A stretch of DNA of 64,000 bases. It comes from a virus. Lineage: Duplodnaviria; Caudoviricetes. The position numbers and the translations under genes were made by a program. Where the stretch lies: positions 4,746 to 68,745 of IMG/VR virus record IMGVR_UViG_2974545560_000001; one strand, written 5' to 3'. The notes under the pieces are model-generated. The model ran no database searches, had not been told where the DNA came from, and worked only from the letters and a program-made list of their open reading frames with translations. Shown here piece by piece: positions 55,845-64,000 of the stretch. Numbering within the stretch: position 1 is the stretch's first letter; every line of letters begins with the position of its first letter.

Positions 55845-55857
55845 TTATCAAAATATA

Positions 55858-55886
55858 TTGCCGAGTGATTCGGCGCGACTTATACT
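55858..55886 (+). promoter_or_regulatory. sigma70-like promoter
   Basis: TTGCCG-17-TATACT; GCCGA/TCGGC inverted repeat. Confidence 0.7.
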
Positions 55887-55923
55887 ATCTATCAGTTAAC
55901 CAAACCTATCTGAGGATTTAGAA

Positions 55924-56670
55924 ATGGAACACGAAAACGCCGAGTTGGAACGAATCAAGGGTAAAATCGCCAAGCTTTTGAACCTTGCCGAGCGCGCAGC
56001 GAATGAGCACGAAGCCGCCAACGCTATGGCCAAAGCACGCGCCTTGATGGATAAATACCAGTTAACGCGCCTGGACGCGCTGAACATCGGCGGTCAAGAA
56101 ATTCAATTCACTCGTGTTGTCGCAACGCGCCATTTCGCGGCCATGCCTGAATATATGCAATTCCTGGCCACAGCCGTTGCCAAGTTCAACGACGTTCAAG
56201 CACAACTTGACTGGAATGTCGTCAACTATAAGAAGAAGTCTGGCGATGTCAAGCAGATGGGTAAAGCAATTGAATTCCGTGGCATGGTCGATGACGTGAA
56301 CATGGCCGTTGATATGTATGCACGTCTTTTGGGCGCCATCAACAACCTTTGCACTTTATTCTTAGCTCGTGAAGGATACAGTGGCAAGTATCCAGTTAAA
56401 ATCGGCACGCGCTTCAAACTGGGCGCTGTTATGACTCTTTGCGATCGTTTGCACGACCTGCAAAAGGCGCGTGAAGAGTTAAAAACATCGAACGGCACCG
56501 GGCTGGTAGTCGTTAAGGGCGCGGCTGTGGCGGAATACTTCGGTGAAGTGTCCTATAAGTCGAAAGCGCCTTCAGCGACCAAGCGCATGGACGGGGAGTC
56601 ATCCCACGCCTACCAACAGGGGCTGCGCGACGGCAACAAAGTAGAAATTCAGCGTAACATCAATCAGTAA
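55924..56670 (+). CDS. DUF2786 domain protein
   Basis: IKGKIAKLLNLA....NEHEAANAMAKARALMDKY signature. Confidence 0.8.
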   Translation: MEHENAELERIKGKIAKLLNLAERAANEHEAANAMAKARALMDKYQLTRLDALNIGGQEIQFTRVVATRHFAAMPEYMQFLATAVAKFNDVQAQLDWNVVNYKKKSGDVKQMGKAIEFRGMVDDVNMAVDMYARLLGAINNLCTLFLAREGYSGKYPVKIGTRFKLGAVMTLCDRLHDLQKAREELKTSNGTGLVVVKGAAVAEYFGEVSYKSKAPSATKRMDGESSHAYQQGLRDGNKVEIQRNINQ

Positions 56671-56719
56671 TCCCAACAACCTGCGGCATCGATGGTGCCG
56701 CTCAATCAAGGAACATAAA

Positions 56720-57046
56720 ATGGAATCATTAGTTGCCGTTGTAGTATTTGTCTTGGCCGTTGCAGTTTACTTTCTGCCGACCATCATCGCATTCAAGCGC
56801 AATCACCCTTCAAGGGTCGCGATTCTGCTTGTAAACCTCGTGTTTGGCTTCACAGTCATCGTTTGGTTCCTCTGCCTGGTATGGGCGTGCACCAACAATG
56901 GTAAGTCAGGCCAGCAGGCTGTGACCGTGTTTGTTCAAAACAGCCAGAGCGTAGGCGCCAACGATCAAATGGATATTGAGCGCGCCAAGGCAATCATCGC
57001 GGCAATCATCGCGGCAAGCGACAAGCAAAACGCCGCTCGTAAATAA
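56720..57046 (+). CDS. imm: Superinfection immunity protein (T4 Imm-like)
   Basis: YFLPTIIAFKRNH...ILLVNLVFGFTVIVWFLCLVWA. Confidence 0.85.
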   Translation: MESLVAVVVFVLAVAVYFLPTIIAFKRNHPSRVAILLVNLVFGFTVIVWFLCLVWACTNNGKSGQQAVTVFVQNSQSVGANDQMDIERAKAIIAAIIAASDKQNAARK

Positions 57047-57073
57047 TTCACGCAAGTCTGAAGGAGACTTAAC

Positions 57074-57436
57074 ATGGCAACCCAAAAGAAAACAGCACCG
57101 CAAGGTCGTGCAGTCGATATCCGAAGCGAAGCAGGTGACCACGCGCCATTTCACTTTGAAGCCAGCGACACGCTTGAGCGCCGCGTTGACTTGTTGGTGA
57201 TCCAGGCCAACTTAAAGGCAAACAGAGACATCATTCAGCAAATTAGAGATCAGTTGAATGACCTGCTGCAAAATCTGGATGGCAGTCGCGCGCCTTATTA
57301 CGGCGCTGATTGCGAAACGGTCGATGCCAACGGCGGCATCATCCACGAACTCGATGAAGTGACCTTGGATTCGTCTCGTTCGCTGGGCGATGTTAAGATC
57401 ATCCTGGAATTGATTCAAAAGCGCATTACTGGTTGA
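57074..57436 (+). CDS. Hypothetical protein
   Basis: 120 aa; AAGGAG RBS. Confidence 0.65.
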   Translation: MATQKKTAPQGRAVDIRSEAGDHAPFHFEASDTLERRVDLLVIQANLKANRDIIQQIRDQLNDLLQNLDGSRAPYYGADCETVDANGGIIHELDEVTLDSSRSLGDVKIILELIQKRITG

Positions 57437-57472
57437 CTTTACGGTCGGGTGGAGTTATTATTTAATTCCACC
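57433..57472 (+). promoter_or_regulatory. sigma70-like promoter with inverted repeat over the -10 box
   Basis: TTGACT-17-TATTAT; GGTGGAGTTA/TAATTCCACC (9/10). Confidence 0.8.
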
Positions 57473-57494
57473 TAACCTTTAAGAGGATTTATTC

Positions 57495-57680
57495 ATGAAA
57501 CGTCTGGTTGCTTTTAAGTCATCTGTTCGCCCATCATCTGCCGTACTTATAGACGGCCACTGGACGGTTGATCTGGAGGTTGTCAAGCGCTTCCAGAAAG
57601 CCGGCATCAGGGTAGAGGTTTTGGGTGAGTGGACGATTGGAGCAAACGGCAAGCGAATGCTTAAGGAATTCAAAATGTAA
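57495..57680 (+). CDS. Small early protein in a single-gene cassette
   Basis: 61 aa; AGAGGA RBS; own promoter and terminator. Confidence 0.65.
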   Translation: MKRLVAFKSSVRPSSAVLIDGHWTVDLEVVKRFQKAGIRVEVLGEWTIGANGKRMLKEFKM

Positions 57681-57697
57681 CGTTCAATGCGGTACTC

Positions 57698-57731
57698 AAA
57701 GAAGCCCGGTTTTCACCGGGCTTTCTTATTT
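57698..57731. terminator. Bidirectional intrinsic terminator
   Basis: AAAGAAGCCCGGT-TTTC-ACCGGGCTTTCTT between convergent genes. Confidence 0.85.
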
Positions 57732-59113
57732 TAAAGATCAAAGAACCCAGCAGCCTTACGTTTAGGCTGGATAGCCGCCATGATTACTGCATCGGCACCG
57801 TTTGGCGATTTTATGCCACGTTTAAGCATGTCCTTTTTCGCCTCAACCTTGAACTTGCCGGTCATATCCACGTCTTTGCGCGGCGCTGACAATTCCATCT
57901 TGAGCTTGTCAAGCTCCTTCTCTGTGAAGCCGCTTGTGTCGATGGATATGAGTTCATCAACCGGGTGATCAACGCCCTGTGTTACATACTCATAAGTCTT
58001 ACGGAAACGAGTTGCCACCTCATCCCACTTTTGAGCCTTGATGTTTGAGAAATGATCCTTGTTCAGAATCTTTGTATGAGGCAACTCCATGTATACCTTA
58101 TCTGGATTATCAACCTTGCCACCAGCATTGAATGGGTCGTACTGGATGTTGAAGTTCCTTGCCTCATTCAACTCTTTCATCTTCGAACCAACATGCGCGC
58201 CAACGCCGATGGAGTCATATGTAATCGTTGCGCCGAACTCAAGCGCGGCATTATAGACTTTCATGGAAGATTTTAACAATTCATCTTCCAGACCTTCCCA
58301 TTCAGTCACGCCAAGCAGTACGTTGCCGTGCATCTTGGCGTATGCGTTCACGTCGTCGCCATCATCCGCAACGTCGAACCCAATACGCTTGGTGCCGGTT
58401 GGCTCCCAGCCGCGCGTCGGGTGCTTGTGCGCGTCCAGCGCGGCCTTGACGTAAAGCATGGATATGACAGATTTGTCGTTGCCGGTTTTAGGCACGCCGC
58501 CATATATGTGCTCAGCCTTAACTGGATCAGTCTCATACATGGCTTTGATGATCTTCAGCATCGTATCAGATAAGAACGGATTCTCATCCCAGTTGATGTG
58601 TCGAACAACAGTATCAGGCGGAGGATTGCGAACAAAATGGCGATATGCAAAGTCCATTTCTTCATCCGGGTTGAATATCACCCAGATCTGAGAGTGCTCT
58701 TTACGAATTGTAGGCTCAATTGTATCCCACTGCTCTTCAGTCAGATAATGAGCCTCTTCCAGCCAGAGCACATCGACGCCTTCAGTTGACTTAATTTCTG
58801 AAAGGTTTCGAGCAATACCATAGAAAAGGAACTCAGAGCCTGTTCTCTTATGGTAAATGGATTTGTTGGTCAAGTGGAAGTCATTTTTGTATTCTGAGTT
58901 CTCAATCTTGTCCTTGATCAGTGTGTATACCGATTCGCTGATGCGGTTCTGAAACTGACGAGCGCAAAGGAACTTCAGCGTGTAGTTTGCCGCCAGGAAT
59001 ACGGCCATGCCTGCAGCGTCGTGAGACTTGGAACTGGCTCGGCCGCCTGGCAACACCTTATTTCGCGCTGGCGTCATCCAGAAGTCCCTGAGCGCGGGAT
59101 TTAATTTATACAT
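57731..59113 (-). CDS. terL: Terminase large subunit
   Basis: Start refined to ATG 59113; GGRASSKS Walker A, CARQFQN, LWLEEAH Walker B, IFNP, GFDVAD and KSPNGADA nuclease motifs. Confidence 0.95.
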   Translation of the reverse strand: MYKLNPALRDFWMTPARNKVLPGGRASSKSHDAAGMAVFLAANYTLKFLCARQFQNRISESVYTLIKDKIENSEYKNDFHLTNKSIYHKRTGSEFLFYGIARNLSEIKSTEGVDVLWLEEAHYLTEEQWDTIEPTIRKEHSQIWVIFNPDEEMDFAYRHFVRNPPPDTVVRHINWDENPFLSDTMLKIIKAMYETDPVKAEHIYGGVPKTGNDKSVISMLYVKAALDAHKHPTRGWEPTGTKRIGFDVADDGDDVNAYAKMHGNVLLGVTEWEGLEDELLKSSMKVYNAALEFGATITYDSIGVGAHVGSKMKELNEARNFNIQYDPFNAGGKVDNPDKVYMELPHTKILNKDHFSNIKAQKWDEVATRFRKTYEYVTQGVDHPVDELISIDTSGFTEKELDKLKMELSAPRKDVDMTGKFKVEAKKDMLKRGIKSPNGADAVIMAAIQPKRKAAGFFDL

Positions 59114-59198
59114 GGTGGTGCCTATTAATGTTAATTTAACACGATTATAGCCGGATTGATCGCCAGTGGTAAAGCCGTGTATTATATCCATTGTATTG

Positions 59199-59227
59199 TT
59201 GCCTAAAATGGACGGGTGGACGATAAT
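59199..59227 (+). promoter_or_regulatory. sigma70-like promoter
   Basis: TTGCCT-17-GATAAT. Confidence 0.6.
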
Positions 59228-59256
59228 AGATAGGCCTATTAACCTGGAGGATAACG

Positions 59257-59535
59257 ATGGATACTTTAATCAACTTTCTCATTGTCTGCTCTGCGATTTG
59301 CTTCGCGCTTATTTTCATCATCTTTATGGTGATTACCTCAATCCGAGCCGATATGCGTCGCCAGCGTCTAGACCTCATCAAGCTTCGCGCGCAACTTGAG
59401 GCCGGTGAAGGCGATTCTTGCGACAAGGCGCCAGACTTCAGAACCTCAATTCACTGCGACCTTGACATGGTTGATCCTGAAACGGTTCGCAGATTGGTAA
59501 AGAATATGGGAGACGTCAAGAATGTCAACCACTAA
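59257..59535 (+). CDS. Small membrane-anchored protein
   Basis: N-terminal TM helix; GGAGG RBS. Confidence 0.65.
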   Translation: MDTLINFLIVCSAICFALIFIIFMVITSIRADMRRQRLDLIKLRAQLEAGEGDSCDKAPDFRTSIHCDLDMVDPETVRRLVKNMGDVKNVNH

Positions 59536-59806
59536 GCCGGTAATTCGGCGAACCGCCAAGGGGCTTTTACGCTCCTTATCAGAAGAGCAGCGGCACACAG
59601 TAGCCGCGCTGTTTGATCCCAAGGATCACTACACTCACCGCAACCGCGCCGAAGGAAATCCAGAGCGCATCGTCAGAATCGTCAAGCTTGCCGTTCAAGT
59701 CGATATCACCAAATCTTGCGCAATCGACCTTCAGATGCACTTCAAATATTACTGGAGCGAATTGAAGGAAAAGCGCGACCAAGAGCTACACAATAAAGTA
59801 CACTAA
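59522..59806 (+). CDS. Hypothetical protein
   Basis: 94 aa; overlaps the previous gene. Confidence 0.6.
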   Translation: MSTTKPVIRRTAKGLLRSLSEEQRHTVAALFDPKDHYTHRNRAEGNPERIVRIVKLAVQVDITKSCAIDLQMHFKYYWSELKEKRDQELHNKVH

Positions 59807-59810
59807 ACGG

Positions 59811-59838
59811 TTGCCTTATAGTGGACGTCCACTATAAT
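59811..59838 (+). promoter_or_regulatory. sigma70-like promoter containing a perfect 22-bp palindrome
   Basis: TTGCCT-16-TATAAT; TTATAGTGGACGTCCACTATAA at 59816-59837. Confidence 0.8.
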
Positions 59839-59887
59839 TGAAACTATCGAAATGGCGAGTGGGTCGCCGAAATCTGGAGAGTCAAAA

Positions 59888-60922
59888 ATGAATGTAACTT
59901 TGTTTGAATCGCAAATCATGGCCGTCATCGCTTTCAGCGAAATGACAACGGCCAACGGTTCGCGCCCGAAGAATTCAGGTGAAACACTCACCTATCTGTG
60001 GGTTGACGAGTTCGGTGAGGCCGTAGGCAAGACCGGCTCGCAGGTGAAAGGCGTCGTTTCGACACTTTCTAAGAAGGGCATGGCCATCGTCGTGGAAGAG
60101 AGCGATGATTCCAGCAGTATCCAACTCACCGACGAAGGATACAAGCTTTTCTCAACGCAACTTTGCCCGACGGCAGTCAGTTTGACGGTTGCTTTGGAAG
60201 AAATTGAAGAGTATTTCAAAGACAAGCCGACGAACAACCAAAAGGCCGAGGCCAAACGCCTGCCGTTCTGTGACGAAGCCGGTTTCGCCAGCCGTGAACT
60301 GGTTGAGGCCGCAGATATGAAGGATTTGCTGGCCTATTTCAACGCAAACGTTCCTGCCGACAAGATGATCAAGAAGTTTTCTGATCAGAAAACGGCGGTG
60401 AAGAAGGTTTTAGCATTGCTCGCCGCCCAATTGGCGCTCGGCAGCGAGGATATTGCAGCCAAAAATGACGATGCGGTCATCAAAGCAAAGGAAAGCGGCG
60501 CAAAAGTGCATAAAACACGCAAAGCGCGCGCAACGAAGGTTGAGAAAAACATCGAGCTTACGCCTGAAGATCTTGGCGCTGATCTTTCTGATGAAGAATG
60601 GGAAGAAAAGATGCGTAAAGACCTGGAAGGCACCAAGAGCGACGACAACGAGCCATCAAAGCGCCCAGCAAACATCCAGTCAAACAGCGCCTCCATCGCT
60701 GCAAGCTGGAACGACAGCGGCGTCAAGGCGGCTCGCCTCACCCGCAACGGCGTGACCGTAACCGTCAACGGAAAAACCACAGATCACAAGTCTGTTCGCG
60801 CGGCGTTCGGCGACTATTCGCTGCCAGACTCCAAGCACATCCGGTTCCGCCTGAAGCTGAAAGAGGCTAAAACGGCCATTTTCGAGCACAACGGCATCCA
60901 GTATCTTTTCAACCTCAAGTAA
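59888..60922 (+). CDS. Multidomain protein with an N-terminal winged-helix-like domain
   Basis: SQVKGVVSTLSKKGMAIV...IQLTDEGYKLF wHTH pattern; GGAG RBS; biased codons. Confidence 0.7.
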   Translation: MNVTLFESQIMAVIAFSEMTTANGSRPKNSGETLTYLWVDEFGEAVGKTGSQVKGVVSTLSKKGMAIVVEESDDSSSIQLTDEGYKLFSTQLCPTAVSLTVALEEIEEYFKDKPTNNQKAEAKRLPFCDEAGFASRELVEAADMKDLLAYFNANVPADKMIKKFSDQKTAVKKVLALLAAQLALGSEDIAAKNDDAVIKAKESGAKVHKTRKARATKVEKNIELTPEDLGADLSDEEWEEKMRKDLEGTKSDDNEPSKRPANIQSNSASIAASWNDSGVKAARLTRNGVTVTVNGKTTDHKSVRAAFGDYSLPDSKHIRFRLKLKEAKTAIFEHNGIQYLFNLK

Positions 60923-60973
60923 AACACCACCCGGTCGCATAAAGCCGCGACCGGGCCACTAAAGGAACAGATC

Positions 60974-61273
60974 ATGTGGCCTTTTAAGAAAAAGAAACCT
61001 GTCAATCCATTGTATCCAAATCCTCAGCCTTGTAATTTCCGCCTCGTTTCATATCGCTGGAAGTGCAAAGACGGCTCTAATGGATATGGTCACATTTACA
61101 TGCAATCCAATCCAGGCGTTGACGGCGACCAACTGACAAAGCGCGACATTGACGCCATAATCGGAATCATCAAACGTGGCATTGTGTCAGAGTACAACTC
61201 ACTCGGCCCAGATGTAACCATCCTTTCCATCACATATCTGTCTTACATGACGGAATCGGAATTTTACGCATGA
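60974..61273 (+). CDS. Hypothetical protein
   Basis: 99 aa; AAGGA RBS. Confidence 0.6.
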   Translation: MWPFKKKKPVNPLYPNPQPCNFRLVSYRWKCKDGSNGYGHIYMQSNPGVDGDQLTKRDIDAIIGIIKRGIVSEYNSLGPDVTILSITYLSYMTESEFYA

Positions 61274-61644
61274 GACAAATCGCGTTGGCCATCATCACCG
61301 CGCTGCTGGCTGGCGCATTGTACGGTCTTTTATCAGAAAAGACGCTTGCCGCGCCTGCGTCCGTTTCAGCTGATCCAAACATCGACGGCTTCGAGACGCT
61401 GGCAAAGATTCCGATGCCGTATGGCAACACTCTATATCTTTCTGGCGCCTACAAGGATTGCCCAGTAGACTTCAGATATGGCATGGTGATGAACGGAGGC
61501 GGCAATGTCAGCAAGTGGTTTTGCTGGCGGCTGAACAAGGAGTTCGGCACCATCGAATCAACCGATCAATATTCCCTTACCGTTGAAGAGTTCAACTGGA
61601 CTGCGGCAGGGATGAAATTCTTAAAGAAAGAGGTGCAGTTATGA
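61270..61644 (+). CDS. Exported hypothetical protein
   Basis: Signal peptide; Cys pair. Confidence 0.6.
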   Translation: MRQIALAIITALLAGALYGLLSEKTLAAPASVSADPNIDGFETLAKIPMPYGNTLYLSGAYKDCPVDFRYGMVMNGGGNVSKWFCWRLNKEFGTIESTDQYSLTVEEFNWTAAGMKFLKKEVQL

Positions 61645-61892
61645 GATTCGTATTGCAAAGACATTACCCTGATGAAGTAAGCTTTGAAGATTTAAAACCA
61701 GGCGATACTTTCATCCACTCTTCTGCTGTTCGTGGAGATAGCACATCAATTTTCGGCGTTCTAAAGAAATCGGAATTCGTCGATAATGGGACTGCAAACG
61801 CTATCTGTCTTAACGACATGGAGCCTTGCCTCTTCGGTTCAAGAGATAAGGTTGTTCGTGTTAAATGCGACGTGCATTGGAGCGTAATATGA
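61641..61892 (+). CDS. Hypothetical protein, paralogue A
   Basis: LKPGDTF...NAICLND...VV..W motif shared with the next gene. Confidence 0.65.
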   Translation: MRFVLQRHYPDEVSFEDLKPGDTFIHSSAVRGDSTSIFGVLKKSEFVDNGTANAICLNDMEPCLFGSRDKVVRVKCDVHWSVI

Positions 61893-62146
61893 GACAAAGA
61901 CAGATGATCAGCGAGGCAATCACGTCATCGCTTAGCCTTCTAAAACCAGGAGATTCCTTCACATTCACTCAAGCCATTCAAGACAACTGCGTTGAAGTTT
62001 TCATGCTCATCGATGAATTTGAAGAAGGCACGGGAATGCCAAATGCTGTTGGGCTAAGCGATGGTCAACAATGCCGTTTCGATACAGATTCAGTCGTTGT
62101 CCCACTGGAATCTGAAGTTGTTTGGCGAGTTAAAATATCAAAGTAG
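61889..62146 (+). CDS. Hypothetical protein, paralogue B
   Basis: LKPGDSF...NAVGLSDG...VV..W. Confidence 0.65.
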   Translation: MRQRQMISEAITSSLSLLKPGDSFTFTQAIQDNCVEVFMLIDEFEEGTGMPNAVGLSDGQQCRFDTDSVVVPLESEVVWRVKISK

Positions 62147-62159
62147 TACACTAAAGCAG

Positions 62160-62200
62160 TTGCCGCGCAGGTCTGGTAGAGATATACTCTTTATCAGACC
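62160..62200 (+). promoter_or_regulatory. sigma70-like promoter with imperfect inverted repeat around the -10 box
   Basis: TTGCCG-17-TATACT; 13-bp stem (two G-T pairs) 62170-82/62188-200. Confidence 0.75.
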
Positions 62201-62222
62201 TTAACTCTATAGGAGATTTAAA

Positions 62223-62483
62223 ATGCAAAACGTCGAATTCGTTAAAACTGAAAAACGCTACGGCGGCGAATCTTTCCGCGCAATCGTCTACGTTGCAGAT
62301 CAGCAAGACGGCTGGTCGATCATCCACGACATCTTCGAAGCTGATAAGGTCGAAATTCTCGTGCAGCACCTAGATCGCCGCGACGTCAAAGACATCAAAG
62401 TAAGCGGTCGTATCGTGATCAATCCTTTCAAGACGGATAAGGCGCTGTCCAAGCAAATCAAACGTGCTATGGAGTTGAAATAA
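62223..62483 (+). CDS. Hypothetical early protein
   Basis: 86 aa; AGGAG RBS. Confidence 0.65.
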   Translation: MQNVEFVKTEKRYGGESFRAIVYVADQQDGWSIIHDIFEADKVEILVQHLDRRDVKDIKVSGRIVINPFKTDKALSKQIKRAMELK

Positions 62484-62905
62484 TGGATAAGTTCACCATC
62501 CCTCAAGAGTTGCTTAAGTTTGAAACCGGCATGCCTGACGACCTTTGGTTTGGCAACGCCAACGACCGCGAGCCATTCGAAATGTGGGTTGCAAAGCAAC
62601 TCGGCGTAGAAAAGCCGGACGACGTTGTGTTTGTGCTGTACACATGCGAATTGACTGGTGCTGCCGAGCGGTTTATGTATGAGATGCAGCAGTTTGCTGA
62701 TGGAAAAGTCCGTGACATGCGTGGCGCCACTGTTGATCCAGAGACTTTTGACGGTCAAGCCATCTATATCTATGGCGAAGATGAAAACGGCGGCGGAAAC
62801 GGCGCTGCATATGAGGTTGCCGAGTTATCTACTATTCCTGGCTGCGGCGTTATCTTTGAATATAGTGACGGCGGTTTTGGCGTCTACTTTGCGAGAAACC
62901 AATGA
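62483..62905 (+). CDS. Acidic hypothetical protein
   Basis: 140 aa; TAATG coupling. Confidence 0.65.
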   Translation: MDKFTIPQELLKFETGMPDDLWFGNANDREPFEMWVAKQLGVEKPDDVVFVLYTCELTGAAERFMYEMQQFADGKVRDMRGATVDPETFDGQAIYIYGEDENGGGNGAAYEVAELSTIPGCGVIFEYSDGGFGVYFARNQ

Positions 62906-63022
62906 CGCGCGCTCAACGTCTTAAGCGTGAAGCCCGGTGGCAGGCCTGGCTGTTGCGTGACAAAGAGAAGCGGCTGCGTGACGCTGACAAACGTCGGCGT
63001 GAGATGAATCGGAGAGCGAAAA

Positions 63023-63361
63023 GTGACCAAAATTTTTAAGTGCGACTTGAATAAGGTGATTGAGACGGCACGGCTTCGAGTGGTCAAGCCGCGACGCGCC
63101 ACCGCAATCGTGAAGGTCAATCTTGTCGTTGGCGGGCAAGAAGTCGCTTTCCATTGCACCGCAAGACGAACACCAGGTGTCGCACGCGTAACATTCCATG
63201 CCAACGGTCGGGCAGTTGATCTGGACGAAGCCGCCGCGCTCTTTGGTTCCCACAACAGCGACATTGACGTGGCGCGGCTGGCGCACAAGCGTGCCAAGCA
63301 GGTCGAATACAACAAGCGCTATAGAGAGCGCATCAGGAGTCGTGATGGATCAAATAATTGA
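63023..63361 (+). CDS. Basic hypothetical protein
   Basis: GTG start with GGAGAG upstream; 112 aa. Confidence 0.55.
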   Translation: MTKIFKCDLNKVIETARLRVVKPRRATAIVKVNLVVGGQEVAFHCTARRTPGVARVTFHANGRAVDLDEAAALFGSHNSDIDVARLAHKRAKQVEYNKRYRERIRSRDGSNN

Positions 63362-63416
63362 TCTTCTGTATTATGTGGCTTTTCTCTGCTTTGCAGCTTA
63401 TGTTTTGACGAGGTGA
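63345..63416 (+). CDS. 23-aa single-TM micropeptide (MDQIIDLLYYVAFLCFAAYVLTR)
   Basis: AGGAG RBS; overlaps both neighbours. Confidence 0.4.
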   Translation: MDQIIDLLYYVAFLCFAAYVLTR

Positions 63417-63637
63417 TTATGCAAGTTTTCGTGGTTTATGAAACGAAAGAGAGTTGGGCTGAGTGCAACTCATATGGCGAGCCTGCAAAGTACGACGTTA
63501 CTGCAGGTGTTTGTTCGACTGAAGACAAAGCCCAAGCGCTTGTTGACCAGTTGAAGAAAGGTCAGGAGGCATTTCCACCCGAAGATCGTTCTGAGTTTCA
63601 CTTCGATGAATTTACACTTGATGGAGAGTTGCCGTGA
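63413..63637 (+). CDS. Small acidic hypothetical protein
   Basis: 74 aa; GAGG RBS. Confidence 0.6.
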   Translation: MIMQVFVVYETKESWAECNSYGEPAKYDVTAGVCSTEDKAQALVDQLKKGQEAFPPEDRSEFHFDEFTLDGELP

Positions 63638-63864
63638 CCATGTTCTTCATGTTGGTGTTGCACCTGGTATTCCTTTTCGTTTGCCTGCATCTTTATTTTG
63701 AACGAGCCAGCATTGAGCTTTATGGTGTTGGACTTGATGGACGGAAACGAACGATTGCGGCTAGTAAAATCACCAAGGTTGAGTGCTTTTGGTTGCTGGT
63801 TTACATCACAAGTGTCATTGTTATTGTGGCCATTAGCGTTGCTGAGTGGGTTGGTGATTTATAG
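63634..63864 (+). CDS. Small membrane protein (2 TM)
   Basis: Two hydrophobic helices; GTGA overlap. Confidence 0.55.
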   Translation: MTMFFMLVLHLVFLFVCLHLYFERASIELYGVGLDGRKRTIAASKITKVECFWLLVYITSVIVIVAISVAEWVGDL

Positions 63865-64000
63865 GGCTATTAGCTATCGTCGGGCGGCTTGGATTCAGAG
63901 GGAACGCCGCCCGACGCAAAAGACCGTTCCAGTGTACGTTTTGTTGACCCAGCCGCGAATTTAGTGTACGTGCCAATCCATTTTGTGTGAAATCGCACCA

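Noticed and set aside
62921-63286. 121-aa minus-strand ORF
   Set aside because: Opposes an otherwise uniform plus-strand early operon; the plus-strand ORF 63023-63361 has better context.

Overview
The window is most of the genome of a lytic, contractile-tailed dsDNA phage. Gene content and order match PB1-like myoviruses (Pbunavirus relatives, Lindbergviridae type); an enterobacterial host is likely but only inferred. Layout: (i) 1-8200, leftward: a truncated VapE-like helicase, about 15 small genes and a RepB-type primase. (ii) 8290-27200, rightward: RecD-like helicase, a nucleotide-metabolism cassette (flavoprotein, divergent ThyX, HAD/all-alpha NTP-pyrophosphatase fusion, SDR, VOC enzyme), DEDDh exonuclease, Pol III alpha-type polymerase, SF2 helicase, SSB-like protein, MazG-like protein and ATP-dependent ligase. 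(iii) 27227-53937, leftward: GH19 endolysin and a full myovirus virion module, with a beta-helix tailspike inside the neck genes and a portal fused to a pyrophosphatase-like domain. (iv) 54000-64000: rightward early genes with the large terminase embedded antisense. I found no integrase, tRNA, CRISPR array or phage RNA polymerase/sigma factor. The best candidate for an undescribed system is the 11.3-16.3 kb cassette, which looks like a pathway making a non-canonical, probably thymidine-position, DNA nucleotide. Other notable signals are a family of sigma70 promoters with built-in inverted repeats, a promoter-terminator unit with no ORF (candidate sRNA) just upstream of the cassette, and an AT-rich repeat region in the head module. 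All domain calls come from motifs recognised by eye; no searches were run.
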